DNA of 46,697 nucleotides from a virus (Duplodnaviria; Heunggongvirae; Uroviricota; Caudoviricetes): IMG/VR virus record IMGVR_UViG_2534681933_000025; one strand, 5' to 3'. Shown piece by piece: positions 17,521 to 26,750 of this stretch (position 1 is its first letter; each line of letters starts with the position of its first letter). The notes under the pieces were generated by a model. It saw only the letters and a program-made list of their open reading frames with translations, ran no database searches and was not told where the DNA came from. The position numbers and the translations under genes were made by a program.

Positions 17521-18050
17521 CACCACACTTATCTGCCCTGACTCTCTTTTGCGGGCTTTTTATTACAGGAAAGACACCGGACAGTGAAATGTTAAATGCC
17601 TCACAATTCAGGTAGTTGACTGTTGCCTGACATGCTGAGCGTTTGTTAAAAAAATCCTGCATGATGAATCCCCCTGGGCGGCGGGGCATAATGACAGATG
17701 TTTGGTTGCGTATTGTATAGGCAAGTTGCGGATTCTGTCTGGTCATTGCAGAATTCACCGGGAGGCACCCGGCATCATGCTGTATACAGAGATTAGGCAT
17801 ATATCCAGGCTCCTCATCGCAGGAGCCTTTTTACATGCAAAAAAAGCCCGAGTAGGTTCGGGCAACAGCATGAGATACTTGCATTGTCATTTTTATCGTG
17901 TGGATTTTAACCAGGGTTTATAAGGCTGCGCAACTGCGCGGCCTTTTTCGTATTGCGGGCTGTAGTCTTCCTTCTGTCATTGTCCTGTAACTTCCGGACT
18001 TCAGCCCGCCCCTTATCTGACTCACAACATTATCCCGGCCGGGAGGATTC

Positions 18051-19997
18051 ATGGCATTTAAACACTACGATGTGGTCAGGGCGGTGTCGCCGTCAGACCT
18101 TGCTGATGCACTTGCTCAAAAAATTCGTGAGGGATGGCAACCATACGGCGGGCCGTTTTCTTCGTATACGGATGATGGCGCAGCACTTATTCAGGCGATT
18201 GTCGCAGAAGGTGATGTGAGCACACCTGTTGTGGTGAAGCCGTCGGATGGAGAAGGCACAGTAATCAGCGCCACCAGAGACCCGGAGTATTACTTTGTTG
18301 TGGTTCTGGCGGGGCAGTCAAACAGCATGGCATATGGTGAAGGCCTTCCGCTGCCGGAGACATATGACCGTCCGGACCCGCGCATTAAGCAGCTGGCGCG
18401 TCGCAGTACGGTGACACCGGGCGGTGTCGCCTGTAAATATAACGACATCATTCCGGCGGACCATTGTCTGCATGATGTGCAGGACATGAGTCGCCTTAAC
18501 CATCCGAAAGCGGACCTGTCAAAGGGGCAGTACGGTACCGTGGGGCAGGGGCTGCATATCGCCAAAAAACTGCTGCCGTTTATACCGGCGAATGCGGGCA
18601 TTCTGCTGGTTCCGTGCTGTCGTGGTGGTTCAGCGTTCACCACCGGAGCTGATGGCACATACAGTGACGCGAGTGGTGCCTCGGAGAATTCAACCCGCTG
18701 GGGTGTGGACAAGCCGCTGTATAAGGACCTTATCGGTCGAACAAAAGCAGCACTGAAGAAGAACCCGAAAAATGTGCTGTTTGCCGTGGTGTGGATGCAG
18801 GGGGAATTTGATTTTGGCGGTACGCCGGCAAATCACGCAGCACAGTTTGGTGCGCTGGTTGATAAATTCCGTGCAGACCTGGCGGATATGGCAGGTCAGT
18901 GCGTCGGTGGCTCTGCTGACGGTGTTCCCTGGATATGCGGGGACACGACGTATTTCTGGAAGCAGAAGAACGAATCCTCGTACCAGACGGTGTACGGCAG
19001 CTACAAAAACAAAACGGAAAAGAATATCCATTTCGTACCGTTCATGACGGATGAGAACGGGGTGAATGTGCCGACGAACAAACCGGAAGAAGACCCGGAC
19101 ATTCCGGGTATCGGATATTACGGTTCGAAATGGCGTGACAGCTCAGCCACCTGGACGTCACAGGACAGGGCGAGCCATTTCAGTTCATGGGCTCGCCGCG
19201 GGATTATTTCCGACCGTCTGGCAACGGCGATTTTGCGCCATGCGGGAAGAGTGGCGCTAAACGCGGGGGCATCATCGACAGTATCAGAGGTGCGCCCGTC
19301 ATCGCCTTCCGGTGCAGAAGCCACAGGCGTCACAACACTGCTCTCTTACCTTGCCAGCGAGTCAGAGGGAAGCCTGAAAGTACAGGGATGGTCAGCCAGT
19401 GGCGGCAGGGCAGAAGTGGTCAGCGATGCGGAGGGAACCGGAGGTAAGGCAGTGAAGCTGACCAAGGAAGCCGGTAAAAGCAGCTGGGTGCTGGAGTACG
19501 CCGCGGGCAACGGTGCGGCTCTGTTACAGAAAGGGGGGCAGATTCGCTGCCGCTTTAAGGTTTCGGGAGTGCTGGCTGCGAACCAGTATGTTATGGCGTT
19601 TTACTGGCCGGTATCTTCACTGCCACAGGGCGTTGCCCTGACCGGAGACGGGGGGAATAACCTGCTGGCAGCGTTCTACATCCAGACAGATGCAAAAGAC
19701 CTGAATGTGATGTACCACAATGCGAAAGTGGCGACAAACAACCTGAAACTGGGAACCTTTGGCGCATTTGATAACGAATGGCATACGCTGGCTTTCCGCT
19801 TTGCCGGGAATAACAGCCTTCAGGTGACGCCGGTTATTGATGGTCAGGATGGCACACCGTTCACGCTGACGCAGTCACCGGTCAGTGCCTTTGCGGCGGA
19901 TAAACTGCATGTGACAGACATTACCAGAGGTGCGACTTACCCGGTACTGATAGACAGCATTGCGGTGGAAGTGAACAGCACAGACACTGCGGCATGA
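18051..19997 (+). CDS. NanS-p-like protein (DUF1737 N-terminus + SGNH/sialate O-acetylesterase-like domain)
   Basis: 648 aa; N-terminal MAFKHYDVVRAVSPSDLADALAQKIREGWQPYGG and ...VVVLAGQSNSMAYGEGLP...; located downstream of tRNA cluster as in Stx-type phages; GGGAGG SD. Confidence 0.75.
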   Translation: MAFKHYDVVRAVSPSDLADALAQKIREGWQPYGGPFSSYTDDGAALIQAIVAEGDVSTPVVVKPSDGEGTVISATRDPEYYFVVVLAGQSNSMAYGEGLPLPETYDRPDPRIKQLARRSTVTPGGVACKYNDIIPADHCLHDVQDMSRLNHPKADLSKGQYGTVGQGLHIAKKLLPFIPANAGILLVPCCRGGSAFTTGADGTYSDASGASENSTRWGVDKPLYKDLIGRTKAALKKNPKNVLFAVVWMQGEFDFGGTPANHAAQFGALVDKFRADLADMAGQCVGGSADGVPWICGDTTYFWKQKNESSYQTVYGSYKNKTEKNIHFVPFMTDENGVNVPTNKPEEDPDIPGIGYYGSKWRDSSATWTSQDRASHFSSWARRGIISDRLATAILRHAGRVALNAGASSTVSEVRPSSPSGAEATGVTTLLSYLASESEGSLKVQGWSASGGRAEVVSDAEGTGGKAVKLTKEAGKSSWVLEYAAGNGAALLQKGGQIRCRFKVSGVLAANQYVMAFYWPVSSLPQGVALTGDGGNNLLAAFYIQTDAKDLNVMYHNAKVATNNLKLGTFGAFDNEWHTLAFRFAGNNSLQVTPVIDGQDGTPFTLTQSPVSAFAADKLHVTDITRGATYPVLIDSIAVEVNSTDTAA

Positions 19998-20133
19998 TAA
20001 AAAAACCGCCAGCGACAGGAATGGACGCTGGCGGTGGTAATACCTATGGAGAAAAAATAAAGGAACGATACTTTCGTGCTCTGGTTTTTTAAATGAAAAC
20101 AGTTCTTATTGTCAACAATAACGGAAAGAAATT

Positions 20134-20313
20134 ATGACATTTCTGAACCAGTTAATGCTGTACTTCTGTACGGTGGTCTGTGTGCTGTATCTCCTTTCGG
20201 GTGGATACCGGGCCATGCGTGACGTCTGGCGCAGACAGATTGACAAAAGGTCCGCTGAGAAAATCAGCGCCAGTCAGTCAGCCGGAAGCAAACCCGAAGA
20301 GCCGCTCATTTAG
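20134..20313 (+). CDS. Small membrane protein (one predicted TM helix), hypothetical
   Basis: 59 aa MTFLNQLMLYFCTVVCVLYLLSGGYRAMRD... with hydrophobic N-terminus and charged tail; below ORF-track size cutoff. Confidence 0.4.
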   Translation: MTFLNQLMLYFCTVVCVLYLLSGGYRAMRDVWRRQIDKRSAEKISASQSAGSKPEEPLI

Positions 20314-20353
20314 CGGCAACTTTCTTAATCACACCTTTCGACGAGAAAATCCC

Positions 20354-20626
20354 ATGTCAGAAATTACATCCCTGGTCACTGCTGAGGCAGTGAAGGAAGT
20401 CCTGCGCTCTGAAGAAGTCCTGAGCGCACTGAAACAAAAACTTCGCCATAACCTGGAAGCGCGTCTTGATGCAGAGGTTGATGCCATTCTGGATGAGCTG
20501 CTTGGTGTACAGGCAGAGCCACCGACTGAAGCGGGAGATACCACCGCAGAGAGCGGTGAAGTTCAGCCTGAATCACCGGTCGCCGATGCGACTGAACCTC
20601 AACCCGAATCGGTCATGATGCTGTAA
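20354..20626 (+). CDS. Acidic hypothetical protein
   Basis: 90 aa [22 protein letters not shown]...; acidic Glu/Pro-rich C-terminus. Confidence 0.4.
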   Translation: MSEITSLVTAEAVKEVLRSEEVLSALKQKLRHNLEARLDAEVDAILDELLGVQAEPPTEAGDTTAESGEVQPESPVADATEPQPESVMML

Positions 20627-20702
20627 CGGGGAGTCAGGGCCATCAGTAAACAGCTGCTGGCCTTTTTCATGTTGTGAGCTTCCGGATTGCGGGAGACGGG
20701 GT

Positions 20703-20918
20703 ATGTACCAGATGGAAAAAATCACAACAGGTGTGTCATACACCACGTCAGCGGTGGGAACGGGCTACTGGTTCCTGCAGTTGCTGGACAGGGTTTCCCC
20801 GTCTCAGTGGGCGGCAATAGGCGTGCTGGGGAGTCTGCTGTTTGGTCTGCTGACGTACCTGACGAACCTGTATTTCAAAATCAGAGAGGACAGGCGTAAG
20901 GCGGCACGGGGAGAGTAA
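20703..20918 (+). CDS. Pinholin (phage 21 S-like holin)
   Basis: 71 aa, two TM segments; matches S21 pinholin from memory (…[23 protein letters not shown]...[22 protein letters not shown]); second in-frame ATG at 20712 suggests dual start. Confidence 0.8.
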   Translation: MYQMEKITTGVSYTTSAVGTGYWFLQLLDRVSPSQWAAIGVLGSLLFGLLTYLTNLYFKIREDRRKAARGE

Positions 20919-20922
20919 GCTG

Positions 20923-21456
20923 ATGAGCAGGAAACTCCGCTATGGTTTATCGGCTGCCGTTCTGGCGCTGATTGCCGCAGGTGCTTCTGCGCCTGAAATC
21001 CTCGACCAGTTTCTGGATGAAAAGGAAGGCAACCACACCACGGCATACCGTGATGGTGCGGGTATCTGGACCATCTGCCGAGGCGCCATCATGGTGGATG
21101 GTAAGCCTGTGATTCCTGGCATGAAGCTGTCGAAGGAAAAATGCGACCGGGTTAACGCTATCGAACGGGATAAGGCGCTGGCATGGGTGGAGCGTAATAT
21201 AAAAGTTCCACTGACCGAGCCACAAAAAGCAGGTATCGCGTCATTTTGCCCCTATAACATTGGCCCCGGTAAGTGTTTCCCGTCGACGTTTTATAAGCGG
21301 CTTAATGCAGGCGATCGCAGGGGAGCGTGTGAGGCGATTCGCTGGTGGATTAAGGACGGTGGCAGAGACTGCCGTATCCGTTCAAACAACTGTTACGGTC
21401 AGGTATCAAGACGTGACCAGGAGAGTGCGCTGGCGTGCTGGGGTATCGACAGGTAA
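20923..21456 (+). CDS. SAR endolysin (lysozyme with N-terminal signal-anchor-release domain)
   Basis: 177 aa; hydrophobic Gly/Ala-rich N-terminus LSAAVLALIAAGASA followed by lysozyme-like body; directly after pinholin. Confidence 0.8.
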   Translation: MSRKLRYGLSAAVLALIAAGASAPEILDQFLDEKEGNHTTAYRDGAGIWTICRGAIMVDGKPVIPGMKLSKEKCDRVNAIERDKALAWVERNIKVPLTEPQKAGIASFCPYNIGPGKCFPSTFYKRLNAGDRRGACEAIRWWIKDGGRDCRIRSNNCYGQVSRRDQESALACWGIDR

Positions 21457-21562
21457 GCAGAATATTTTGCTGAAAAATGACGTTGGCCAACGCGGGCAGA
21501 TAACACGAAATCCTGCGAACTGGCAAAATGTAAGTGAATAAAGTCAACAAGATTGTTTCATG

Positions 21563-21590
21563 AAGAGGCACCGTAATGGTGCCTTTGTCA
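21563..21590 (+). terminator. Hairpin GAGGCACCGTAATGGTGCCTTTGTC after endolysin
   Basis: GGCACC-GTAAT-GGTGCC stem-loop followed by TTTGTCATTT. Confidence 0.45.
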
Positions 21591-21730
21591 TTTCTGCGCT
21601 TCGCACAAGCGTAAATAAACCAAAGAACCTTTCAGGATGAGCCCTGGTGGATAACCGGCAGTGGTCTGGTTAACCCTCTTTGGGCTGGTTATTCCTGTGC
21701 GCAGGGTTCATCACTAAAAGGAAATAACCG

Positions 21731-22300
21731 ATGAATATGATGACCGTGCCGTTTCACGGCGATTCTCTTTATGTGGTTAACCATAACGGCGAACCATACG
21801 TTCCCATGAAACCTGTCGTTGCGGGGATGGGGCTGGCCTGGCAATCACAGTTGGCTAAGTTAAGACAGCGTTTTGCGTCAACTATAACGGAAATCGTTAT
21901 GGTTGCTGAGGATGGGAAACGACGCAATATGGTGTCCCTGCCGCTTCGAAAACTTGCAGGCTGGTTACAAACCATCAATCCCAACAAAGTAAAACCCGAA
22001 ATCCGCGGCAAGGTAATCCAGTATCAGGAAGAGTGTGACGATGTTCTCTATGAATACTGGACGAAGGGTTTTGTCGTTAATCCCCGTCGAATGAGTGTGA
22101 TGGAAGAACTCAATCAGGCTTGCGCTGACATGAAACGGGATAAAAACATTGCCAGTGTGTTTGCTACCGGGCTGAATGAGTGGAAACAGGTTAAATCCGC
22201 GCATGTATCAAAAATCCGCACATTGATAAACGAAGCGAATCTGCTGATTGATTTTGTCCTGGCTGATACAGACAAAGGGAAAATAACAAAGGCGGATTGA
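21731..22300 (+). CDS. Phage antirepressor (AntA-like)
   Basis: 189 aa; N-terminal ...VPFHGDSLYVVNHNGEPYVPMKPVVAGMGLAWQSQLAKL... resembles antirepressor N-domains; inserted between endolysin and Rz. Confidence 0.55.
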   Translation: MNMMTVPFHGDSLYVVNHNGEPYVPMKPVVAGMGLAWQSQLAKLRQRFASTITEIVMVAEDGKRRNMVSLPLRKLAGWLQTINPNKVKPEIRGKVIQYQEECDDVLYEYWTKGFVVNPRRMSVMEELNQACADMKRDKNIASVFATGLNEWKQVKSAHVSKIRTLINEANLLIDFVLADTDKGKITKAD

Positions 22301-22449
22301 TGGAGTGGTGGCTAATGATATCGGATAAACTCATAACGCTGGCGAAGATCCTCTGTGTAATCGTCGGCATTTCATTTTTAGTCATGCTGGTTGCCATTTT
22401 CTTTTCCACCGCCTGGCGAGTCCTGACGTTATCGGGACTGGTGGGGTGA
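22300..22449 (+). CDS. Small membrane protein, hypothetical
   Basis: 49 aa MEWWLMISDKLITLAKILCVIVGISFLVMLVAIFFSTAWRVLTLSGLVG; ATGA overlap with ant stop and 7 nt before Rz start; below ORF-track cutoff. Confidence 0.4.
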   Translation: MEWWLMISDKLITLAKILCVIVGISFLVMLVAIFFSTAWRVLTLSGLVG

Positions 22450-22456
22450 AAGAGAG

Positions 22457-22924
22457 ATGAACCGTGTTCTGTGTGTGGTGATTATTGTCCTGCTGGTAGC
22501 CTGTGGTGCGCTTAGTCTGGGGCTGAATCATTACCGTGATAACGCCATAACCTACAAAGAGCAGCGCGATAAAAAAGTCAGTGAGCTGGAGCTGGCAAAT
22601 GCAACCATTACTGATATGCAGCAGCGCCAGCGTGATGTTGCTGCACTTGATGCCAGATACTCGAGGGAATTAGCCGATGCGAAAGCTGAAAATGATGCTC
22701 TTCGGCGCAAGCTTGATAATGGTGGCAGGGTGCTCGTCAAAGGAAAATGCCCTGTGCTATCCTCAGCCGAAACCTCCGGCGCCTCCGGCATGGGCAATGA
22801 TGCCACCGTCGAACTCTCTCCAGTTGCTGGACGAAACGTTCTCGGTGTCCGGGGCGGAATTATCCGCGACCAAACAGCACTAAGAACGCTTCAGGAATAC
22901 ATCAGGACGCAATGCCTTCGATGA
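22457..22924 (+). CDS. Rz i-spanin
   Basis: 155 aa; N-terminal TM anchor then coiled-coil-like periplasmic domain; contains embedded Rz1 in +1 frame. Confidence 0.8.
   Translation: MNRVLCVVIIVLLVACGALSLGLNHYRDNAITYKEQRDKKVSELELANATITDMQQRQRDVAALDARYSRELADAKAENDALRRKLDNGGRVLVKGKCPVLSSAETSGASGMGNDATVELSPVAGRNVLGVRGGIIRDQTALRTLQEYIRTQCLR
22677..22883 (+). CDS. Rz1 o-spanin lipoprotein (embedded in Rz)
   Basis: Signal peptide with lipobox VAGC, Pro-rich mature part (PQPKPPAPPAW); fully nested in Rz. Confidence 0.7.
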   Translation: MRKLKMMLFGASLIMVAGCSSKENALCYPQPKPPAPPAWAMMPPSNSLQLLDETFSVSGAELSATKQH

Positions 22925-23142
22925 TAGCGATAATTCTACTCATCATCCTTCACATCTGGCTCTGTAGACAGGGTGGTGATCACTTCTGGAGTGAATCCAG
23001 ATTAAACATCTCATTGCTGATGCTTGATATTGAGCATCTTGCGCGCGGTAAGGGGCTGCGTTGAGATAAGAGCCAGTCATTACAAATACCAGGATTTAGC
23101 CTCGCATTCGCGGGGCTTTTTATTGCAACAAAGGTAAAGACG

Positions 23143-23430
23143 ATGGATGAAGAATATCGTAAAGACCTGCAACTGTGGTTTGGTCTTACGCATGCGCCGT
23201 TCTGCGTGATGCCGCGAGTATTCATGGAGGCTATGCCGCCAGAATGGCAAGAGAAGATGGCTCAGTTGCTTTTTGAGTATAGCGACACAATAAAAACGGA
23301 TGTCTGCGGAGTTCACAGCTGTTTTGTTACTGCCAAAGACGGCAACAACCGCTTTATGAGGATGCCAGAAGATATTCTGAACTATCGTCATCCCCGACGT
23401 GAATTCATCGAATCATTTCTGAAGAAGTAG
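23143..23430 (+). CDS. Hypothetical protein (moron at bor-equivalent position)
   Basis: 95 aa ORF flanked by hairpins at about 23096-23125 and 23447-23468, between lysis genes and cos. Confidence 0.45.
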   Translation: MDEEYRKDLQLWFGLTHAPFCVMPRVFMEAMPPEWQEKMAQLLFEYSDTIKTDVCGVHSCFVTAKDGNNRFMRMPEDILNYRHPRREFIESFLKK

Positions 23431-23769
23431 CCATTACAAAGCCCATCTACGGGTGGGCTTGATAATGGCTTATACCCTACACGGGATAACTTAACTGATA
23501 TCCCTTTTAACGGATAAAGGTATTCAAGCCTGACACATCATGCGCTGTATCGTCGCTGTATTCCCGCATTAACCATGACCGTAGCCCGACGGGGAACTCC
23601 TTCTGCACGAGTGTGCGGGAATAATCAAAAACGATGCACACCGGGTTTTTACCGCGTTTATGGTTCGCGGGTTTGTCCCTCATGCTCGCCAGTCCTGTGC
23701 GGGGGTGGAAGAAACAGGATATTAATGCAAGTGATAATTATTCTCATTTTGTCGGGTCCTCCTGGCGGG

Positions 23770-23830
23770 GTGGGCCTGAACACGGGGCGGGCGGCGCGGA
23801 AAAAGGCGCATTTTTTGATTTTTATGGCAC
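23770..23830. other. Candidate cos site (cosN-like)
   Basis: ACGGGGCGGGCGGCGCGG...ATTTTTTGATTTTTATG resembles lambda cos ends (GGGCGGCGACCT... from memory); lies just upstream of terS in AT-rich non-coding stretch. Confidence 0.4.
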
Positions 23831-23944
23831 CATCACCACCAGTTCAAGTTATTGATATATATGAAAATAAAAATTTTTAGTGTCGAATTTGGTTGTTTTT
23901 TGGTTCATCGCTGGTGTGTGTTTACATAATTTTCAGGGGGAGTT

Positions 23945-24421
23945 ATGGATCGTGAATTAAAAAATCTGCATCTGAATATTTCCCAACTGGCCGCATTATC
24001 CGGTGCTCATCGACAGACTGTTGCGGCTCGGGTAAAAAACATAAGCCCAGCCGGTGGTCATGAGAGCAATCTCAAACTGTACCGACTGACAGATATCCTT
24101 GCCGAGCTGATGAAAGCTCCTCTGCCTGTAGATAACGAGAAAATGGATCCTCATGCGCGTAAAGCATGGTACCAGTCAGAACGTGACCGACTGAAATTTG
24201 AGCAGGAAACTGGTCAGCTTGTGCCAGTCAGTGATGTCAGGCGGTCCTTTTCTGTCGTGGTGAAAGCGATAGTTCAGGTACTGGAAACCTGGCCTGACCG
24301 GCTGGAGAGGGACAGGGGGTGGACCGCATCACAACTGAATGAAGTACAGATTGTGGTTGATGAGATCCGCGACACACTGGAAAAGGCAGTCATTGACTGT
24401 TGTGATGAGGCCGATATGTGA
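23945..24421 (+). CDS. Terminase small subunit
   Basis: 158 aa immediately upstream of and overlapping terL; N-terminal DNA-binding-like region; position after cos. Confidence 0.65.
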   Translation: MDRELKNLHLNISQLAALSGAHRQTVAARVKNISPAGGHESNLKLYRLTDILAELMKAPLPVDNEKMDPHARKAWYQSERDRLKFEQETGQLVPVSDVRRSFSVVVKAIVQVLETWPDRLERDRGWTASQLNEVQIVVDEIRDTLEKAVIDCCDEADM

Positions 24422-26541
24422 ATCAGGTGAACGAGAGCCATAGCCGCGCATCCGATATCTGGCGCGAAGTGGCCTCGCTGTTTCGCCCACCCAGCCGGTT
24501 ACCAGTAGCGGAAGCCATCAGGCGTTATATGCGGGTTCCACGGGGAGCCAATACTTCCGGTCCGTGGGAGTCATCGCTGACGCCCTATATGATTGACCCC
24601 ATTAATACATTATCAGCCCGTGAATATGACGCGGTGGTGTTTGTGGGACCTGCGCGAACCGGGAAAACCGAAGGGCTGATTGATGGCTGGATTGTGTACG
24701 GCATCATCTGTGATCCGGCGGATATGCTGGTGGTGCAGATGACTGAGACGAAGGCGCGTGAGCATTCCAGAACGCGTCTTTCCAGGACGTTTCGCCACAG
24801 TCCGGAGGTCAGCAAGCGCCTCAGTCCTTCCCGTAATGACAACAACGTCCACGATAAAATGTTTCTTGACGGCTCCTTCCTGAAGATTGGCTGGCCGTCG
24901 ATCACCGTCTTTTCCTCTTCGGATTACCGTCGTGTGGCGCTGACGGATTATGACCGTTTCCCTGAAAACGTGGACGGGGAAGGGGATGCCTTCACGCTGG
25001 CCTCAAAGCGTACCACCACCTTTATGTCCTCGGGGATGACCCTGGTCGAGAGTTCACCGGGGCGGGATATCACCGATACCAAATGGCGTTGTGGTGGCGC
25101 ACATGAGGCACCGCCAACAACGGGTATCCTGTCACTGTATAACCGGGGAGACCGCCGCCGGTGGTACTGGCCGTGTCCGCACTGCGGGGAATATTTTCAG
25201 CCGGTGATGGATAACATGACCGGATACCGGAATAACCCGGATTTTGTGGCTGCCGGTCAGGCTGCCCGTCTGATGTGTCCGCATTGTCGCGGGCTGATTG
25301 CCCCTGAGCAGAAACGCGAACTGAATAACCAGGGGATCTGGCTTCGTGAAGGTGAACGGGCGGCGGCGGACGGCAGTATCACCGGAACGCCACGAAACTC
25401 CCGGATTGCGTCATTTTGGATGGAGGGGCCAGCTGCGGCGTTTCAGACCTGGGAACAACTGATTTTTAAACTGCTGGCGGCAGAAGAAGAGTATGAGCGA
25501 ACCGGCAGTGAAGAGACCCTGAAAGCGGTGGTGAACACCGATATCGGACGACCCTATCTGCCCCGTTCAGCCACGGAACAGCGTAAAAGTGAACTGCTTG
25601 AACAGCGTGCCGAGCCGTTTCCCCGGCGATCTGTGCCGGATGGTGTGCGTTTTATTGAGGCAACGGTTGACGTACAGGGCGGTAAAAATCGCCGTTTTGT
25701 TGTGCAGATCACCGGATACGGAGAGCAGGGGGAACGCTGGATTGTTGATCGCTACAACATCCGGCATTCACTGCGCTGCAGTCCCAACGGTGAAAGTCTG
25801 CCGGTTGATCCGGCGGCATATCCGGAGGACTGGGATTTGTTGCTGACGGATGTGTTCCATAAAACATGGCCGCTGGCTTCTGATCCGGATGTGCGCATGC
25901 GTCTGATGGCCATGGCGGTGGATACGGGAGGGGAAGCCGGGGTGACAGATAACGCCTATCGTTTCTGGCGTCGTTGCCGGAGTGACGGACTAGGCAACAG
26001 GGTGTTTCTGTTCAAGGGGGATGGACTTCGCCGTGACAGGCTGATTAACCGAACCTTCCCGGATAATACCGGCAGAAGTGCCCGCCGTGCCAGAGCCAGT
26101 GGCGATGTCGCGCTGTGGCTGGTTCAGACGGATGCGTTTAAGGACCGTGTAAATAATGCCCTGTGGCGTGACACACCAGGGCCGAACTATATCCACTTTC
26201 CCGACTGGCTGGGGCGGTGGTTTTACGATGAGCTGACCTATGAAGAGCGTGGCAGTGACGGAAAATGGCGAAAACCGGGCAGGGGCGCTAACGAAGCGTT
26301 TGACCTGCTGGTTTATGCGGATGCGCTTGCCGTTCTGCATGGTTACGAAAAGATCCGCTGGCCCTCCGCACCGGACTGGGCACAGCGGGAAACGTGGCTC
26401 GTCTTCCCGCAGGAGCGTTCTGGTGAAACGGTATCCCCGGAACTGACGGCCGGGGCAGAAAAACGCCGTCGCCGGAAGAAAAAACTGCGGACGGAGCGTG
26501 CGGAAGATAATCCATGGATAACATCAGGAGGCTGGTTGTGA
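24418..26541 (+). CDS. Terminase large subunit (lambda gpA family)
   Basis: 707 aa; Walker A VFVGPARTGKT; CxxC metal-binding motifs; overall gpA-like. Confidence 0.9.
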   Translation: MNQVNESHSRASDIWREVASLFRPPSRLPVAEAIRRYMRVPRGANTSGPWESSLTPYMIDPINTLSAREYDAVVFVGPARTGKTEGLIDGWIVYGIICDPADMLVVQMTETKAREHSRTRLSRTFRHSPEVSKRLSPSRNDNNVHDKMFLDGSFLKIGWPSITVFSSSDYRRVALTDYDRFPENVDGEGDAFTLASKRTTTFMSSGMTLVESSPGRDITDTKWRCGGAHEAPPTTGILSLYNRGDRRRWYWPCPHCGEYFQPVMDNMTGYRNNPDFVAAGQAARLMCPHCRGLIAPEQKRELNNQGIWLREGERAAADGSITGTPRNSRIASFWMEGPAAAFQTWEQLIFKLLAAEEEYERTGSEETLKAVVNTDIGRPYLPRSATEQRKSELLEQRAEPFPRRSVPDGVRFIEATVDVQGGKNRRFVVQITGYGEQGERWIVDRYNIRHSLRCSPNGESLPVDPAAYPEDWDLLLTDVFHKTWPLASDPDVRMRLMAMAVDTGGEAGVTDNAYRFWRRCRSDGLGNRVFLFKGDGLRRDRLINRTFPDNTGRSARRARASGDVALWLVQTDAFKDRVNNALWRDTPGPNYIHFPDWLGRWFYDELTYEERGSDGKWRKPGRGANEAFDLLVYADALAVLHGYEKIRWPSAPDWAQRETWLVFPQERSGETVSPELTAGAEKRRRRKKKLRTERAEDNPWITSGGWL

Positions 26542-26750
26542 GCACAGAAGAAGCCAGAGAAATGATACAGCGGTACCGTGAAGCGGAAATGGCCGTACTG
26601 GAGGGGAAGTCTGTCACCTTCAACGGGCAGCAACTGACGCTGGAAAGCCTTTCTCAGATCCGCGCCGGACGTCAGGAGTGGGAACGCAGGCTTGCCGCGA
26701 TGGTGAGCCGCAGGCGGGGAAAACCGGGATTTAAACTGGCGAGGTTTTAA
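26538..26750 (+). CDS. W: Head-tail joining protein W-like
   Basis: About 70 aa from GTG with AGGAGG SD; C-terminal ...SRRRGKPGFKLARF resembles lambda gpW; ORF track starts at 26514. Confidence 0.55.
   Translation: MSTEEAREMIQRYREAEMAVLEGKSVTFNGQQLTLESLSQIRAGRQEWERRLAAMVSRRRGKPGFKLARF

Noticed and set aside
17771-17785. CTGTATACAG as a possible LexA box
   Set aside because: Spacing between CTGT and ACAG is 2 bp rather than the 8 bp of the SOS-box consensus
17450-17800. 116-aa minus-strand ORF overlapping the third tRNA
   Set aside because: Overlaps a well-folded tRNA gene and terminator hairpins; no coding support
17521-18050. Looked for stx toxin genes between the tRNA cluster and the nanS-p-like gene
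   Set aside because: No ORF of suitable size or signal-peptide-bearing A/B subunit frames present; region is non-coding with hairpins only
20180-20626. 148-aa ORF from the six-frame track
   Set aside because: N-terminal part is Cys/Arg-rich and overlaps a more protein-like small membrane ORF in another frame; interpreted as two smaller genes, with uncertainty
23575-23880. Plus-strand ORFs of 101 and 73 aa upstream of terS
   Set aside because: Overlap the cos-like AT-rich region, have no SD context and odd composition; more likely non-coding
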